A stretch of 64,000 nucleotides of DNA from a virus, in the IMG/VR virus record IMGVR_UViG_3300021961_000076, positions 4,287 to 68,286 of that record, one strand, 5' to 3'. The notes beneath the pieces are model-generated. The model did not search any database. It saw only the letters and a program-made list of their open reading frames with translations, and was not told the origin of the DNA. A program made the translations under genes and the position numbers. Below, piece by piece: positions 36,708-48,390 of the stretch. Each line of letters starts with the position of its first letter. The first letter of the stretch is position 1.

Positions 36708-37418
36708 GCTAATAGTTATAGGGAGAGCGACCTCCTCTTCGCTCCCATCTGAATTAGTGTAAGTAAACTTAAGATCTAGGTCTGGTGCAGTATTAGAGTA
36801 AGCTTCTCTGATCGCTCTAGCATCTTTGGCAAGTAAGAACTGATCTACAAATTTTCTAATGTCACCTAACTCTCTACTACCGTTAACAGAAGTTACCATA
36901 TACTTTAGACGAGTGGTTACTTCAGCAATGTTTTCTTTATTAATCTTCTGTAGACCTTTAATCTCTTTTTCAATATCTACTTCGTCTTTATGTGTTAAGA
37001 GTCTATAGGTAATTTCATATTTAGAGACCGGTAGTATTAAGCTAAATTCGTTTTGACCTCTAACGTACTCAATATCAGTCTTTTTAGGCTCCATTAACGA
37101 AAGATCTACTGTAATCTCTTCGCTGTTGTAATTCACCGGGTAGTCTTTACCGTAGGATAAAATTCTAGCTGCTATCATAATAGCATTTTTATCACCTATA
37201 AGTAGGTCACCGTAGTCAAATTTAGTAATAAGTAAAGATTGAAGTAACTTATCAATTACAACACCGCTCTTAATATAATTTTGGTTTGTTAAGATATCTT
37301 CTTCTTTAGCAGTCATGTACTTCATTTCAACTGTACCGCTTGCTAGTGGGTGACCTTCTGGGTAGAGTAGTCCTTTAGAAGGTAATTCGATAGTCTCTGT
37401 TGGTAGATTAAATTCCAT
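36687..37418 (-). CDS. Tail/baseplate assembly chaperone (T4 gp26-like)
   Basis: LPSKG..YP, MTAKEEDIL, ends FFWPDA; lies between the tube and tape measure genes. Confidence 0.75.
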   Translation of the reverse strand: MEFNLPTETIELPSKGLLYPEGHPLASGTVEMKYMTAKEEDILTNQNYIKSGVVIDKLLQSLLITKFDYGDLLIGDKNAIMIAARILSYGKDYPVNYNSEEITVDLSLMEPKKTDIEYVRGQNEFSLILPVSKYEITYRLLTHKDEVDIEKEIKGLQKINKENIAEVTTRLKYMVTSVNGSRELGDIRKFVDQFLLAKDARAIREAYSNTAPDLDLKFTYTNSDGSEEEVALPITISFFWPDA

Positions 37419-37455
37419 AAACTATTAGTTATAACGTTTATATATAAATATATGA

Positions 37456-37486
37456 AAATAAAAAACCCGGCCATAAAGACCGGGCT
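37456..37486 (-). terminator. Intrinsic terminator after the tail tube gene
   Basis: GCCCGGTC-TTTAT-GGCCGGGT followed by a T-run. Confidence 0.75.
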
Positions 37487-37512
37487 TCTTTTGTTGACAA
37501 GGCGGGGGTATA

Positions 37513-37998
37513 TTAGAAGTTCAGTACGCAGTAGTCCATCGCAATTGTTAATTCAACTGAGATAGCTTCGTCTGTAGACCAGTTGTACTGTCCAAAGTTA
37601 GAAGACTGTACGAATGCACCTTTGATGACCCATTCACCAATAATATCACCTACAGGACCTAACATGTTAAGAGTTATAATCTTCTTGTAGAAGTCTGCGT
37701 ATCCAGCACGACCAGTTACTGATTCGTATCCTAAACGAGCCCACTCCATAACAGCCTGTGCACCAGAAGGAGTAATCGGATCGTAAAGGCTAAGAGTCAT
37801 ATTCTGCCACTCTCTCTTACCGCGGAGCTTTCTATAAGTGTTGATATGATCAAGCTTGATAACACCGTCAGTGAAGGAAGGTGAAGTTACGCTCTTAACC
37901 ATATATGATGGAATTCCATCGATGTACATGATAAATCTGTTCGTTACCTTCGGTTCGAAGGCTGTGAACATGATTTCGTTTGGATCTAGTACTGGCAT
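37513..37998 (-). CDS. Tail tube protein (gp19-like)
   Basis: FEPK..NRF, W..MTL.LYD, EW.IKGAF; 161 aa, directly after the sheath gene. Confidence 0.85.
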   Translation of the reverse strand: MPVLDPNEIMFTAFEPKVTNRFIMYIDGIPSYMVKSVTSPSFTDGVIKLDHINTYRKLRGKREWQNMTLSLYDPITPSGAQAVMEWARLGYESVTGRAGYADFYKKIITLNMLGPVGDIIGEWVIKGAFVQSSNFGQYNWSTDEAISVELTIAMDYCVLNF

Positions 37999-38029
37999 GT
38001 TACTTCTTTTTTTACTTTATTATAAATAG

Positions 38030-39775
38030 TTACGCTCCAAATGTTGCACCTGTAGGTTGTACTACGAAGTCGAGTACGATAAATTCTGCAGTTTTAGCTG
38101 GCTGGATAAAGATCTGACCTACTAACTGGTTTCTATCGATAACGTCAGCAGTGTTGTTGGTGTCATCCATTACAACTCTGTAAGCGTAAAGTCCTTGTCT
38201 TTGAACTACTGTCTCCAAGTATGGGTTAACAGCAGCTAAGAATCTATTTCTAGTTGCGATTGTATTTTGCTCGAATACTAGGTTGTTAGCTTGATCGCCG
38301 ATGAAGTTCTTAAGGTTGATAAGAAGTCTTCTAACGTTTACACGATCAAGAGCAGAAGCTTTAGTCTGTAAGGTCTTCTGACCGTAAGCAACTACGCCTG
38401 AACCTGGGAAGGTAGCAAGTGGGTTAACTTTTCCTAAGTATAGTGTATCTCTATCAGATTGAGAAAGCTTTCTTTCTGCCATTACTACTGAAGGAATACC
38501 GCCTCTGATGAGACCAGCAGGAGCAAACCATTCAGCACCAACGTTATCAGTGAAGGCGTAAACACCTCCCATTACTGTAGAAGCTGGAGCCCATACGTTT
38601 CTTCCTAGTTCTCCGCTAACAAGCTTAACCCAAGGCCAGTAAGCAGCTGCATAAGAGCTGTTCATACCAGCAGCAACACCTGTTACCTGTCCTACTGTAC
38701 TTCCGTACTGGCGTAGGTCAGCTACATAAACTGCATCTCCTCTAGTCTCTACCATGCTAGTTAAAGCAGTTACAGCAGAAGAATGTTGGTTTTTGTTAAT
38801 ACCTGGTGTTAGTAATACGTTGAATCTGTATTCGTCTCTGTTAGCAAGGATTGTTGCAACGCTTACTCCTTTGTTATCTACGTTAGTATAAGCAGTAGCA
38901 GCAACACCTTGAGTGTCTGTACCGTTTACATTTTCAAAGAAGTTAGCAGTAGTGCCAGCTTGGAATAAAGTACCTGTACCTTCTAAGAATGTACCGTGGT
39001 AAGAACCAGAGCCAACTGAGAAGTTATCAAAGGAGCTAGAGTAAGCAGGCTTAGCAGCACCTGTGTTATCTAAGTAGTCAGGAGTTTTGAAAGCTACACT
39101 AGATACGTAAACGTATTTAGAAGCATTAGGATAATCACCATTAACAGTTACTACTCCGTCAGTACCTAGTACCTTATATTGGTCACCAATTCTCTTGGCA
39201 ATGTAATTGTCTGATTTTGGATCAAGAGATAAGTTAGAGTATGTCTCTAAGATAACTTTACTTCTCTCGTTATCGTCACCCCTTCTAATGACAAGTGAGA
39301 TAGTACCTTGACTAGAATCTACATTAGTTACTTCCCATCTAACGTTATCTGCAGAGCCACTTAGTAGAGCATTGTCGGCTAAGTTCTCAGCAGCAGAACC
39401 GCTGTTATTCATGATCTCACCTTCAGCAAGAGTTTTTAAAGTAAACCATGCAGTAGATCCGCTGTATACCGTAGCAGAAGCACCGTCAAATGCTTGCTCA
39501 GATACTCTGGTTACTAATAAAGAACTGCCGCCTTGCTCGAAATACTTCTCAGCTGCTAAGGTTGTAAAGTGTGTATAGTAGTCACTACCTGATTTGAATG
39601 CACCACCAAATACGTTTACGTATTCGCCGTATGAACGAACTACAGTTGGAATACCAACAGGACCTTTAGCTGCAGGTCCTACAAGAGCTGTAGAGATCTC
39701 GCCGGCGGCTGGTGTGATGAAAGATAGGTCATTCTCTCTTGAGAATACACCTGGTGATAAAATTCTTTCTGCCAT
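38030..39775 (-). CDS. Contractile tail sheath protein
   Basis: SPGVFSRE.D, GPAAKGP, YWPW, WFAPAG, GQKT, VNVRRL, P.KTAEFI. Confidence 0.95.
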   Translation of the reverse strand: MAERILSPGVFSRENDLSFITPAAGEISTALVGPAAKGPVGIPTVVRSYGEYVNVFGGAFKSGSDYYTHFTTLAAEKYFEQGGSSLLVTRVSEQAFDGASATVYSGSTAWFTLKTLAEGEIMNNSGSAAENLADNALLSGSADNVRWEVTNVDSSQGTISLVIRRGDDNERSKVILETYSNLSLDPKSDNYIAKRIGDQYKVLGTDGVVTVNGDYPNASKYVYVSSVAFKTPDYLDNTGAAKPAYSSSFDNFSVGSGSYHGTFLEGTGTLFQAGTTANFFENVNGTDTQGVAATAYTNVDNKGVSVATILANRDEYRFNVLLTPGINKNQHSSAVTALTSMVETRGDAVYVADLRQYGSTVGQVTGVAAGMNSSYAAAYWPWVKLVSGELGRNVWAPASTVMGGVYAFTDNVGAEWFAPAGLIRGGIPSVVMAERKLSQSDRDTLYLGKVNPLATFPGSGVVAYGQKTLQTKASALDRVNVRRLLINLKNFIGDQANNLVFEQNTIATRNRFLAAVNPYLETVVQRQGLYAYRVVMDDTNNTADVIDRNQLVGQIFIQPAKTAEFIVLDFVVQPTGATFGA

Positions 39776-39829
39776 CTTTATGAAGGGTTAATTATTCTTT
39801 ATATAAATATGTTAGTGAAGTGCAAACCA

Positions 39830-40783
39830 TTAATAGTATCCAGTAGTAGTAGAATAGCTCCCAGTTACTCCTAAAGTAACATTAACATTTGCTAATGTAC
39901 CTGGGTCTTCAATTGCGCCAGCTCCATCAAAAGTATAAGCTCTAACCTGAGGTATGATAGATCCTGCAGTTATTTTACTGTCCCCTAAGTCATTGTATTG
40001 TACGGATGTTAGTCGAGTATTACCTTTGATCATTGCAAATGCAATAGATCCTGAGAAGTTAGATCCGGCTGTATAAGGAGTACCTCCGATATAAAGCTGG
40101 TCTGCTAAAGGAAGATCGTGTGAGGTTACTATACCGTTACCTTTAGGAATTAGGTTATATGCTCTATTTCCAACTCTAGCATAGAAGCTTGTCCATGCTA
40201 AAGGCATATTTGGTGCGTTAACGGACTGTGGGTTTCTACCAATTTCAATTAATGTATACCCGTTATCTTGGTTTCCCCATACGTTAGCAGGAATAGTAGC
40301 GTAAAATCTTGAATACTTACCTGCATTTGTGCCTCTAATCTCTAAGTTATATCCGTTTAATGTTACTTCCAGAGAATGACTAGCAAAAGAGCCTGTATAA
40401 GCATGTAATAGGTATTGCTTCTCTCTAGTAGGTACTGCATCAGGCTTAATCATAAATACAAATGATAAAGAACCTGATGTTACTCCGTTAAGATCGATAT
40501 CACCAATAGAAGAAGTAAAGTAGGTGTTTCCGCCAAATACACCTGCTGATGTTCTGTATACCTTCTCAGTAGTAGGGGCTTGAACCGGCTGTGCTACAGG
40601 AGCAGCTAGAGCTACTGGTGCTGGTCTGCCAGCAAACTGGGAGGTGTTCGGTACAAGTCCAGCAGCACGGTTATACGTGGTAGCTTGGCTAGCTCTATCT
40701 TGCAAGTTCGAATACTGTAGTCTGTATTGCTGAGCTTGAATAGTAGTAGGCTGGAGTTGAGATTTTTTATTTTCTAATGCCAT
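39830..40783 (-). CDS. Virion protein with a ConA/LamG-like domain
   Basis: Low-complexity N-terminus, then SFVFMIKP...LYIGG...FSGSI beta-sandwich motifs. Confidence 0.5.
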   Translation of the reverse strand: MALENKKSQLQPTTIQAQQYRLQYSNLQDRASQATTYNRAAGLVPNTSQFAGRPAPVALAAPVAQPVQAPTTEKVYRTSAGVFGGNTYFTSSIGDIDLNGVTSGSLSFVFMIKPDAVPTREKQYLLHAYTGSFASHSLEVTLNGYNLEIRGTNAGKYSRFYATIPANVWGNQDNGYTLIEIGRNPQSVNAPNMPLAWTSFYARVGNRAYNLIPKGNGIVTSHDLPLADQLYIGGTPYTAGSNFSGSIAFAMIKGNTRLTSVQYNDLGDSKITAGSIIPQVRAYTFDGAGAIEDPGTLANVNVTLGVTGSYSTTTGYY

Positions 40784-40808
40784 ATCCGGGAATGTTTTTT
40801 ATAAATAG

Positions 40809-40831
40809 AAAAAGAGGGCCGAAACCCTCTT
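40809..40831 (-). terminator. Intrinsic terminator with UUCG loop, followed by a late-type motif
   Basis: AGAGGGT-TTCG-GCCCTCT-TTTT, then CTATTTATA. Confidence 0.8.
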
Positions 40832-40857
40832 AATCATCCCCCTGGAGTGCGTAAAGC

Positions 40858-41145
40858 TTATTCTGCAGCTGGTTCTTCAGCTGGAGCTTCTGGTTGTGGT
40901 GCAGGAACGAACTCTCCTGATTGAAGGTCTACAGTTCCGTCACCGTACTTTTCAGAAAGCTCTTTACCGAAAGCGTTTTCTTCTTCACGAAGCTCGGTTA
41001 AGAACTTCTCAGCATTAGTACGTCTACGCTCGATGTTCATTTTGATTAATTCGATCTCGCCGAATTCTGCAACGATTGCGCGATTCTTGTCTTGAAGTTC
41101 AGCAATCTGCTGAAGCTCTTCTTGAGTTAATTTCTGGTTTTCCAT
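40858..41145 (-). CDS. Hypothetical acidic coiled-coil protein
   Basis: 95 aa; EKYG.GTVD..SGEF motif. Confidence 0.65.
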   Translation of the reverse strand: MENQKLTQEELQQIAELQDKNRAIVAEFGEIELIKMNIERRRTNAEKFLTELREEENAFGKELSEKYGDGTVDLQSGEFVPAPQPEAPAEEPAAE

Positions 41146-41215
41146 GTAACAAATTTAATTTAACCGGTTAGTTATATATAAATATATGAATAAAATCTTT
41201 CTTAGGCAACTTTAA

Positions 41216-44191
41216 TTATCCTGCGAGCATTACACTGAATTTATTCCCGGACGTTGTGGTAAATTCTGCTCTCTGTTCTTCTTGTAATACTACAATAGAT
41301 GCAAGATTACCCAGCGCCTCGCCATCTTGTGTTACTGGGATAGCATCTCCTTTAGCATTAAGTAGACTGTTAACTTCTGATTCTGTATAGTATCTATCGT
41401 CGTGAGTGTGGGAAGACGGGCTAAAAGTAGTTGGCTTACCTGATACGTTGCTCCAAGCAACTGAACCAGCGCTGTCTGCATACCCTGCGGATATTTTTTG
41501 CCATCCTCCTAATACCCTGTTTTCTTCAAAGCGAACAGAAATATAAGGACTAGCAGTGTTCCTAGGGATAGCTAACTGCATTCCATATGTATTGTAGTCG
41601 TACTCATTTCCTAATCCTACTGTAAGTGCATAGAATTGGTTAGGGCTAGTGTCAGTACCCGGGCCGTTGGTGTTTCCTTGAACGAATCTCCACCCAAAGC
41701 CAGTGCTTAGAGTTCCGCCAGCAGCATCAAAGGATGTTCTAGTACTGTGGTTATCCCCGAAGTTATTCCACCATCTACTAGCATCAGTGATTGATCCAAT
41801 ACCGTGAGTATGTGAAGATGCTGCTTTAGTACCTAATAGAGTATCTACTTCCGATTCTGTATAGTAACGGTCATCGTGAGTGTGAGAAACTGCTGCTGCA
41901 TAACTCCCAATATTTGAGCTATCTAGAATCTTTCTCCATCCGTACTGTGTTCCGTTAGTCATTCTACTTACATAGAAATCATCTCCGTGGAAGTTATGAG
42001 CAAGTTTAAAATCGTAGTTATTATCACTTGTCCATGAAGCGCCGGCAATTGTTATCCAGTTCCACCATTCTGTATATGGTGCTCCACCTGGGTTATACCC
42101 GTAGAAGAATCCTCCCTCTTGAGCTCGAGAAACCATACTGCTATCGTTTCTGGTAGATTTTCTAGAGTTTGCACCGTAAACAATTCTCGATGAATCTATA
42201 CCGTCTATAAGTTCTGAATCTGCTGCTTTTGCAGTTGATCCTAGTTTACCGGCTAATAAAGTATCTACCTCCGATTCTGTATAGTAACGGTCATCGTGAG
42301 TGTGAGAAGGTAAGGCTGTTAAAGCATAGTTTCCAACATTAGAGCTATCTAAAATAGTTTTCCATTCAGTCCAGCTATCTGATACTGCTGCATCATTATC
42401 TGCGCTTCTTACTCTTAAGGAAGTACCTCCGTAGTTTGAACCATGGCCCATATAGAGCTGAAAGTCACCTCCTGCATCGCTTCCTCCGCGTGCTCCTACA
42501 TGAAGCACTGCGCCGTAGTTTGGCCAGCCGTTAGCGGCTTGTACAAATGAGGTTTGAATTCCAGTAGTATAATCTCCTGCTCTAGTGTCTGCACTCCATA
42601 CATAGTTTCCTTGTGTAAGAACTATATTGTGAGTATGTGAGGATGCTGCTTTGGTACCTAATAAAGTATCTACTTCTGATTCAGTATAATAACGGTCATC
42701 GTGAGTGTGATTACCAGCAGCTGCATCAGTAGCTCCAGTACCTAAAGGTCTCCAGGTATTAGTGTCGGTGTCTGTGGAAGTAATAGTTATAGTACCAGCG
42801 TTCTTAGTAACTGTGGTAGCTCCAGCTCCTCTAATTACTATATCTCCAGATGATACATCATCCGCTACACCTACTCTAGTTACAGTATTAACATACGAAG
42901 TGATATATCCTGAGTCATTGGTAAATGAAGATACGTTTGTAGGTCTGTCTGTTATATCAGTCCATACGTGAGTATGTGAAGGTAGAGATGTTAAAGCATA
43001 TGAGCTAACATTACGGGAGGTTACTGTTACAGCAGCAGGGCGCTCTTGTTCAACAGTATCAAAAGAGGTTACCGGTGTGATTGACCATCCTGTTGCCCAA
43101 TCGGAATCAATAGAATTATACCCAGATTGGAATTCAGTTACATATACTTGAGGGTAAGACCAAGAAGAATTTGTCTCTCCGATCCATATACAATCCCCAG
43201 TACTGTCGTATCCAAATCTTACTGTTAACTGTACTCCAGCATCACTTATCTGGTGTGCAAATAAATTATACCAGTTTCCTCCTGCGTAGTTATAACCTCC
43301 TAGTTCAATGGTGTAAGAATTACCGGTATTGTACTGGTAGATCTTTACAGTCATTCTCATCATTGTAGATGAGTTGTTTTTACGTGTAGGTAGCTTAATT
43401 TTAAATGCTCCTGTTACTGTAGAAGTACTTGTTGTATAAACAGCACCTTCAGGAGCATACACTCTAGCACCTTCAAAACCAACTGTAGTGCCTCGGAAGA
43501 ACGGGTATCCTCCGTTACGGTATATGGTAGTATTCCACCCGTCATTAGATGCATTAAGTGTTCTATAATCACCAGCGTTTTGAATCCACGATCCTACTTC
43601 AAATCCTGCATTAACATATACGCTTTTACTTCCGTATGAACGAATCCATGAAGAATCAATCATGTACCAGCCACCGCCATGGGTCTCAAAGTATAATCCG
43701 TCGTTACCGGAAACTCTTACCCAACCTCCGTTTGCATAGATATCTCCTTTTACGTGAAGCTTGTAGTCAGGGTCAGCAGCACTAAAGTTACCAATTCCTA
43801 ATTTATTTCCTTGTATAGCTAAACCGTCGGTTGGTCTGGCGATATCAGCAGGTTCTCCGTCATATCCTGTAGCTAAGAAAATCATACCGTCAGCACTCTT
43901 AGCCCAAATTCTTAACTCTGCATCAGCATCATCGTGTTGGCGAATACCTGTTCTCCAAGTTGAAACACTACCAAACACAATAGACCCCTCGTAGTTTCCA
44001 GCATGAAGGTTAAGTTTTCCTGTTAATGTTCCTCCTGCTAGTGGAAGGTAGTCGTGAGTATGAGAAGCTGCAGCGAAGGCGGTAGCTTGGTTCCCGTCTA
44101 GAGTATCTGCATCTAGGCCAGAGCTAGCTCCATCATTAGCCGATGTCCAGATCTGTCCTCCTGATATGTAGACTGTATCTTTAAGTTTCAT
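41216..44191 (-). CDS. Tail fibre protein (991 aa)
   Basis: SGLDADTLDG, repeated H-T-H-D-D-R-Y-Y-T-E, shufflon-like GGW module, W..W knob ends. Confidence 0.85.
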   Translation of the reverse strand: MKLKDTVYISGGQIWTSANDGASSGLDADTLDGNQATAFAAASHTHDYLPLAGGTLTGKLNLHAGNYEGSIVFGSVSTWRTGIRQHDDADAELRIWAKSADGMIFLATGYDGEPADIARPTDGLAIQGNKLGIGNFSAADPDYKLHVKGDIYANGGWVRVSGNDGLYFETHGGGWYMIDSSWIRSYGSKSVYVNAGFEVGSWIQNAGDYRTLNASNDGWNTTIYRNGGYPFFRGTTVGFEGARVYAPEGAVYTTSTSTVTGAFKIKLPTRKNNSSTMMRMTVKIYQYNTGNSYTIELGGYNYAGGNWYNLFAHQISDAGVQLTVRFGYDSTGDCIWIGETNSSWSYPQVYVTEFQSGYNSIDSDWATGWSITPVTSFDTVEQERPAAVTVTSRNVSSYALTSLPSHTHVWTDITDRPTNVSSFTNDSGYITSYVNTVTRVGVADDVSSGDIVIRGAGATTVTKNAGTITITSTDTDTNTWRPLGTGATDAAAGNHTHDDRYYTESEVDTLLGTKAASSHTHNIVLTQGNYVWSADTRAGDYTTGIQTSFVQAANGWPNYGAVLHVGARGGSDAGGDFQLYMGHGSNYGGTSLRVRSADNDAAVSDSWTEWKTILDSSNVGNYALTALPSHTHDDRYYTESEVDTLLAGKLGSTAKAADSELIDGIDSSRIVYGANSRKSTRNDSSMVSRAQEGGFFYGYNPGGAPYTEWWNWITIAGASWTSDNNYDFKLAHNFHGDDFYVSRMTNGTQYGWRKILDSSNIGSYAAAVSHTHDDRYYTESEVDTLLGTKAASSHTHGIGSITDASRWWNNFGDNHSTRTSFDAAGGTLSTGFGWRFVQGNTNGPGTDTSPNQFYALTVGLGNEYDYNTYGMQLAIPRNTASPYISVRFEENRVLGGWQKISAGYADSAGSVAWSNVSGKPTTFSPSSHTHDDRYYTESEVNSLLNAKGDAIPVTQDGEALGNLASIVVLQEEQRAEFTTTSGNKFSVMLAG

Positions 44192-47100
44192 TATATTAAC
44201 CTTCTAAATTTAAACACATACCTTGAACTTCCAGTATTGTCTGTATCCCCTGCCATCTCTAAATACATATTTCCATCATTTGCTCCTGGTGTACGTTTTG
44301 TACGTAGGTAAATTCTACCACTATTTGGAGCGTGACCAGCTCTGTGCAGCACTATTTCGTCTGTAACAGTTGAATTTGTTGCTGTTCCGAACCAGGACAT
44401 TGTACCTGAGTAGTACTCTGTGTAATGTCCTCCTCCTACTGCGTAGTCATTTACATATACCTGTACTATGTAGGTACCTGTTGATAAGGTATTACCTCTA
44501 ATACTTGTAGCCTGCCAGTCTGTTCTTAACGTCATATCTACGTTGACTGTAACTAATCCCAATAGGTCTGCTGAATCTGTAGAATCTTTTCTGGCAAATC
44601 TAGTATCAGATTCAGTTTCTGTGTAGTAACGGTCATCGTGAGTGTGGTTACCAGCAGCTGCATCAGTAGCTCCAGTTCCTAGCGGTCTCCAAGTGTTAGT
44701 ATCAGTAGAACTAACTACTCCGTTTGTATCAATACTTAAGTTTGTACCAATCTTAATACCTCCTAAAGTACTAGCTGATGCTATAGGTAGTGAGTAATTG
44801 TTTGCATTAGCAGCAATACCGTCTAACTTTGTACCATCAGTAGCTATATCTCTACCGTCTACTGTACCTGCTAAAGTTATATTACCTCCTATGTAAAGGT
44901 TACTATTAACTGCCCATTGTCTGGATGTTTTTACAATATCGTTACTGTCTCCAGATGGCTCTTCTGCCTGGCCGGCGGCTGTTCCAAAAGTTAATGCTCT
45001 ATTCTCTTCTTCCCAGAACTCAACCTCCATTGTAAAGGTATCTCTCCAGTCACCAGCCATCTGAGCCCATACCTCGTATGAGTTTCTAAGCCCGGATGCT
45101 GATGTTCTAATGGATTTTACTGCTTTAAATATAGAAGCTGTATTATCAATAGAGTACCAGTATAGGTCGTGGTTTTCTTGAGTACTTCCTCCGTTTTCAT
45201 ATAGAACATGAATAACTTCTGTACCGATTGCTACATCGTCGTATCCATTTAACTTAGCTTTAATGAGAGCTTTATCGTAAGATCCTACTATCTCTACGCT
45301 AAATAAATGTACCCATTTTCCGTTGATACTTCCACCGTTTACTCCTACTGATCTAACCTTAAAGTACTTTCTCCATCCGTAAGCATAGTGGAATAATGTA
45401 GGGACTATAGTAGGAGCAGTTAAAGTACCGGTCATAGTACCTCCTGCTAATTTTAAGAACCTACTATCAGATTCAGTCTCAGTAAAATAGCGATCATCGT
45501 GATCGTGAGAAGGTAAGGATGTTAGGTAGGTACCTGATGCTTGTTTACCGGCTAATAGAGTATCTACTTCTGTCTCGGTGTAGTAACGATCGTCATGGGT
45601 ATGAGACGGTAAAGATGTTAGGGCGTAAGAGCCAATATTTCCCGATGTAAGTATAGTGCTAGGAGAGTATACGTTATCTATGTGTACAAATCCGTTAAAC
45701 GAATCACCTCCTCCTCTTTCTTTAGTCCAGCCTACACCCTGTAGGTGTAGTCTACCTACACGTCCTTTAAGCCTTATGGTAGTAAACCTGTCAACGCCTT
45801 CAACCTTGTACATATGGGATCCAGCGTGATCGAGGCTAACACTTTCATGTTGTACATCCTGGAAATCGTTTATACGTTTAATCCATAATGCTGTTCCGTT
45901 GGATTTGACTCCGTAGACGTCAAAATACCCTGTGTTCGACCATGCTAATGTAGAGATATGCATCATCTTCATACCGGACGGTACAGCAAAGTCAATACTA
46001 TAACCACTAGCATCTGCAGTTCTACCGCTAACATCAGTATATATTCTACCAGAAGTACTTCTTAAAGTAGCATCCCAATAGTTATCATCTGAGGGGTTCC
46101 ATCCTCCTACTCTATCGGAAAATCCGTTGCTTACATTAGTAGTACTATCCCAAGTATTAGTTAATTTACCATCTAAATAACTATTAACTTCAGTTTCGGT
46201 GTAGTATCGGTCATCGTGAGTGTGATTACCGGCTGCGGCATCAGTAGCACCGGTACCTAGCGGTCTCCAAGTGTTAGTATCCGTAGAGCTTAATACTCCT
46301 TCAGATATTGAGAGATTAGTTCCTACCTTAATACCGCCTAGCACACTAGCAGAAGCTACAGGTAGTGAGTAATTATTAGCACTTGCTGCTATACCGTCTA
46401 GCTTAGACTTGTCAGTAGTGGACATTAAGCCAGCACGGCTAGTAGTAGCATCGCTATAGGTAGTATCTGTGTCAGTCCAAGGAACATTAACATACATTTG
46501 CTCATTAGAGAGCTGTACTGGGTAGTTCTTTCCGCTGGCTGTATATCCGATCTTAACACCGCCTAATACTGAGGAAGTAGCTAGAGGTAGTGAGTAGTTA
46601 TTTGCACTTGCGGCAATGCCGTCTAATTTAGTCTTGTCAGTAGTTGACATTAGACCAGCTCTTTCAGTAGTAGCGTTACTGTAGGTAGTATCAGTATCTG
46701 TAGAGGTAATTGTAATAGTACCTCCAGACTTAGTAATTGTAGTAGCTCCAGAGCCAGCTAAAGTAATATTGCCGGATGTTAAATCTCCTGTAACACCTAC
46801 TGAAGTTACTGTGTTGGTATCCGTAGAACTTAAGACTCCATCAGTTATTGAGAGGTTAGTACCTACTTTAATACCGCCTAGTACACTAGCTGATGCTACC
46901 GGTAATGAGTAATTATTTGCATTAGCAGCGATTCCATCTAGCTTAGTACCATCTGTGGCAATATCTCTACCGTCTACTGTGCCGTCTACCTCTATACTGC
47001 CTCCTATGTTTAACGTAGCATCTTTATAGAAGACTTTGTTTAAGTATGGATTATCATATTCCGTATCCGGAGAGTTTATATAGCTTGAAAGATCTACTGT

Positions 47101-48390
47101 TACTGTGGTTGATGCGCCTCCTTTTCTTCTTACAAAGTACCTGACGTTAGGACCTCCTCTTAGCCATACGTTAAGTTTACTGTATTCAGCACCGTCGCCC
47201 ATATCAATTCTACCGACAATCACAGTATAGTTATGAGTTACGTGAACATCTTCAAATTCACGCATTCCTCCCCAAGCATTTTCCTGTACTTTACCGGTTA
47301 TGGACATTCCCCCAAAATGGGTAGCAGATCCGTTGTTCCAGTTTGCATCTGTTCCACCGATCGAATCACTATAATTCCTAAAGATTTCGATTTCGTCTAG
47401 CTGATCTACATCAAAGCTTACTTTATAGTAGGTGTCTCCTCGTCCGGTAACGTAGAAAGCTTGGAAGGTTTTATTATAGTAACCTGCTAGCTTAGTATCA
47501 ATTTCAGTTTCAGTGTAGTAGCGATCGTCGTGTAAGTGATTACCTGCTGCTGCGTCAGTAGCACCCGTTCCTAATGGTCTCCAGGTATTAGTGTCTGTAT
47601 CAGTTGAACTGATTGTAAGTATCCCGGTATTTCTATCATAAGACACCGAAGTTGCTCCTGCTCCTGTTACTGCTAGAGTAGTTCCACTGCCTATCTCTCC
47701 TGTGTTTGTTCTATCTGAGATAGTCCAACTACCGTAATTATCGTAGTTATGAGTGTGGGAAGTAGCTGCAAATGGACCTGTAGCAGCGTAAGATGCTGAA
47801 GTAGCAGAAGTGGCTGAAGTGGCGTTGCCTGAAAGTGCTCCTTCAAAGGTAGCAGCTTTAATAGTGCCGTCTGCTTGCGGGATACCTGCTGCGGTATATT
47901 CGCCCCAGTTTAGTTTTCCGTTAGCTCCCATCCACAGGCTTTTAGATACCCTACCTGCCCAGTGGAAGTTTAAGTTTGGAGAATACTTATCCGCACTTTG
48001 AGTACTATCAACTGCATCACGTTCTCTTAAAGAGATTGGTGAATTCGCCCAGTCTTCTCCGTTAGTTAAATTTGTGTAAGCGGTAACCATTCTAGTGATT
48101 GTGCCGCCTGCTAACGGTAGATAATCGTGAGTGTGATTGGCGTCTGCTTTACTTGCAATCTTAGCAGCAATGCTGGCACTAAAGTTAGCATCATCACCAA
48201 TTGCTGCAGCTATTTCGTTTAACGTATCTAAAGTACCCGGGGCAGATGCTACTATATAATCTATAATTGACCCTGTGTCTGCTATTTTTAGATAACGGTC
48301 ATCATGAGTGTGATTACCTGCTGCTGCATCAGTAGCACCGGTTCCTAATGGTCTCCAGGTATCGGTATCGGTATCGGTTGAACTGATTAC
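42660..48390 (-). repeat. Dispersed ~90-bp repeats encoding TDT(N/D)TWRPLGTGATDAAAGNH(T/L)HDDRY
   Basis: Copies near 42680-42775, 44620-44710, 46195-46290, 47510-47610 and 48290-48385, spanning two genes. Confidence 0.85.

Noticed and set aside
41380-48390. Recurring ~30-90 bp repeats resembling a CRISPR array or DGR template/variable repeats
   Set aside because: They are in-frame coding repeats with synonymous variation and irregular kb-scale spacing; no cas or reverse transcriptase gene and no adenine-specific mismatch pattern seen
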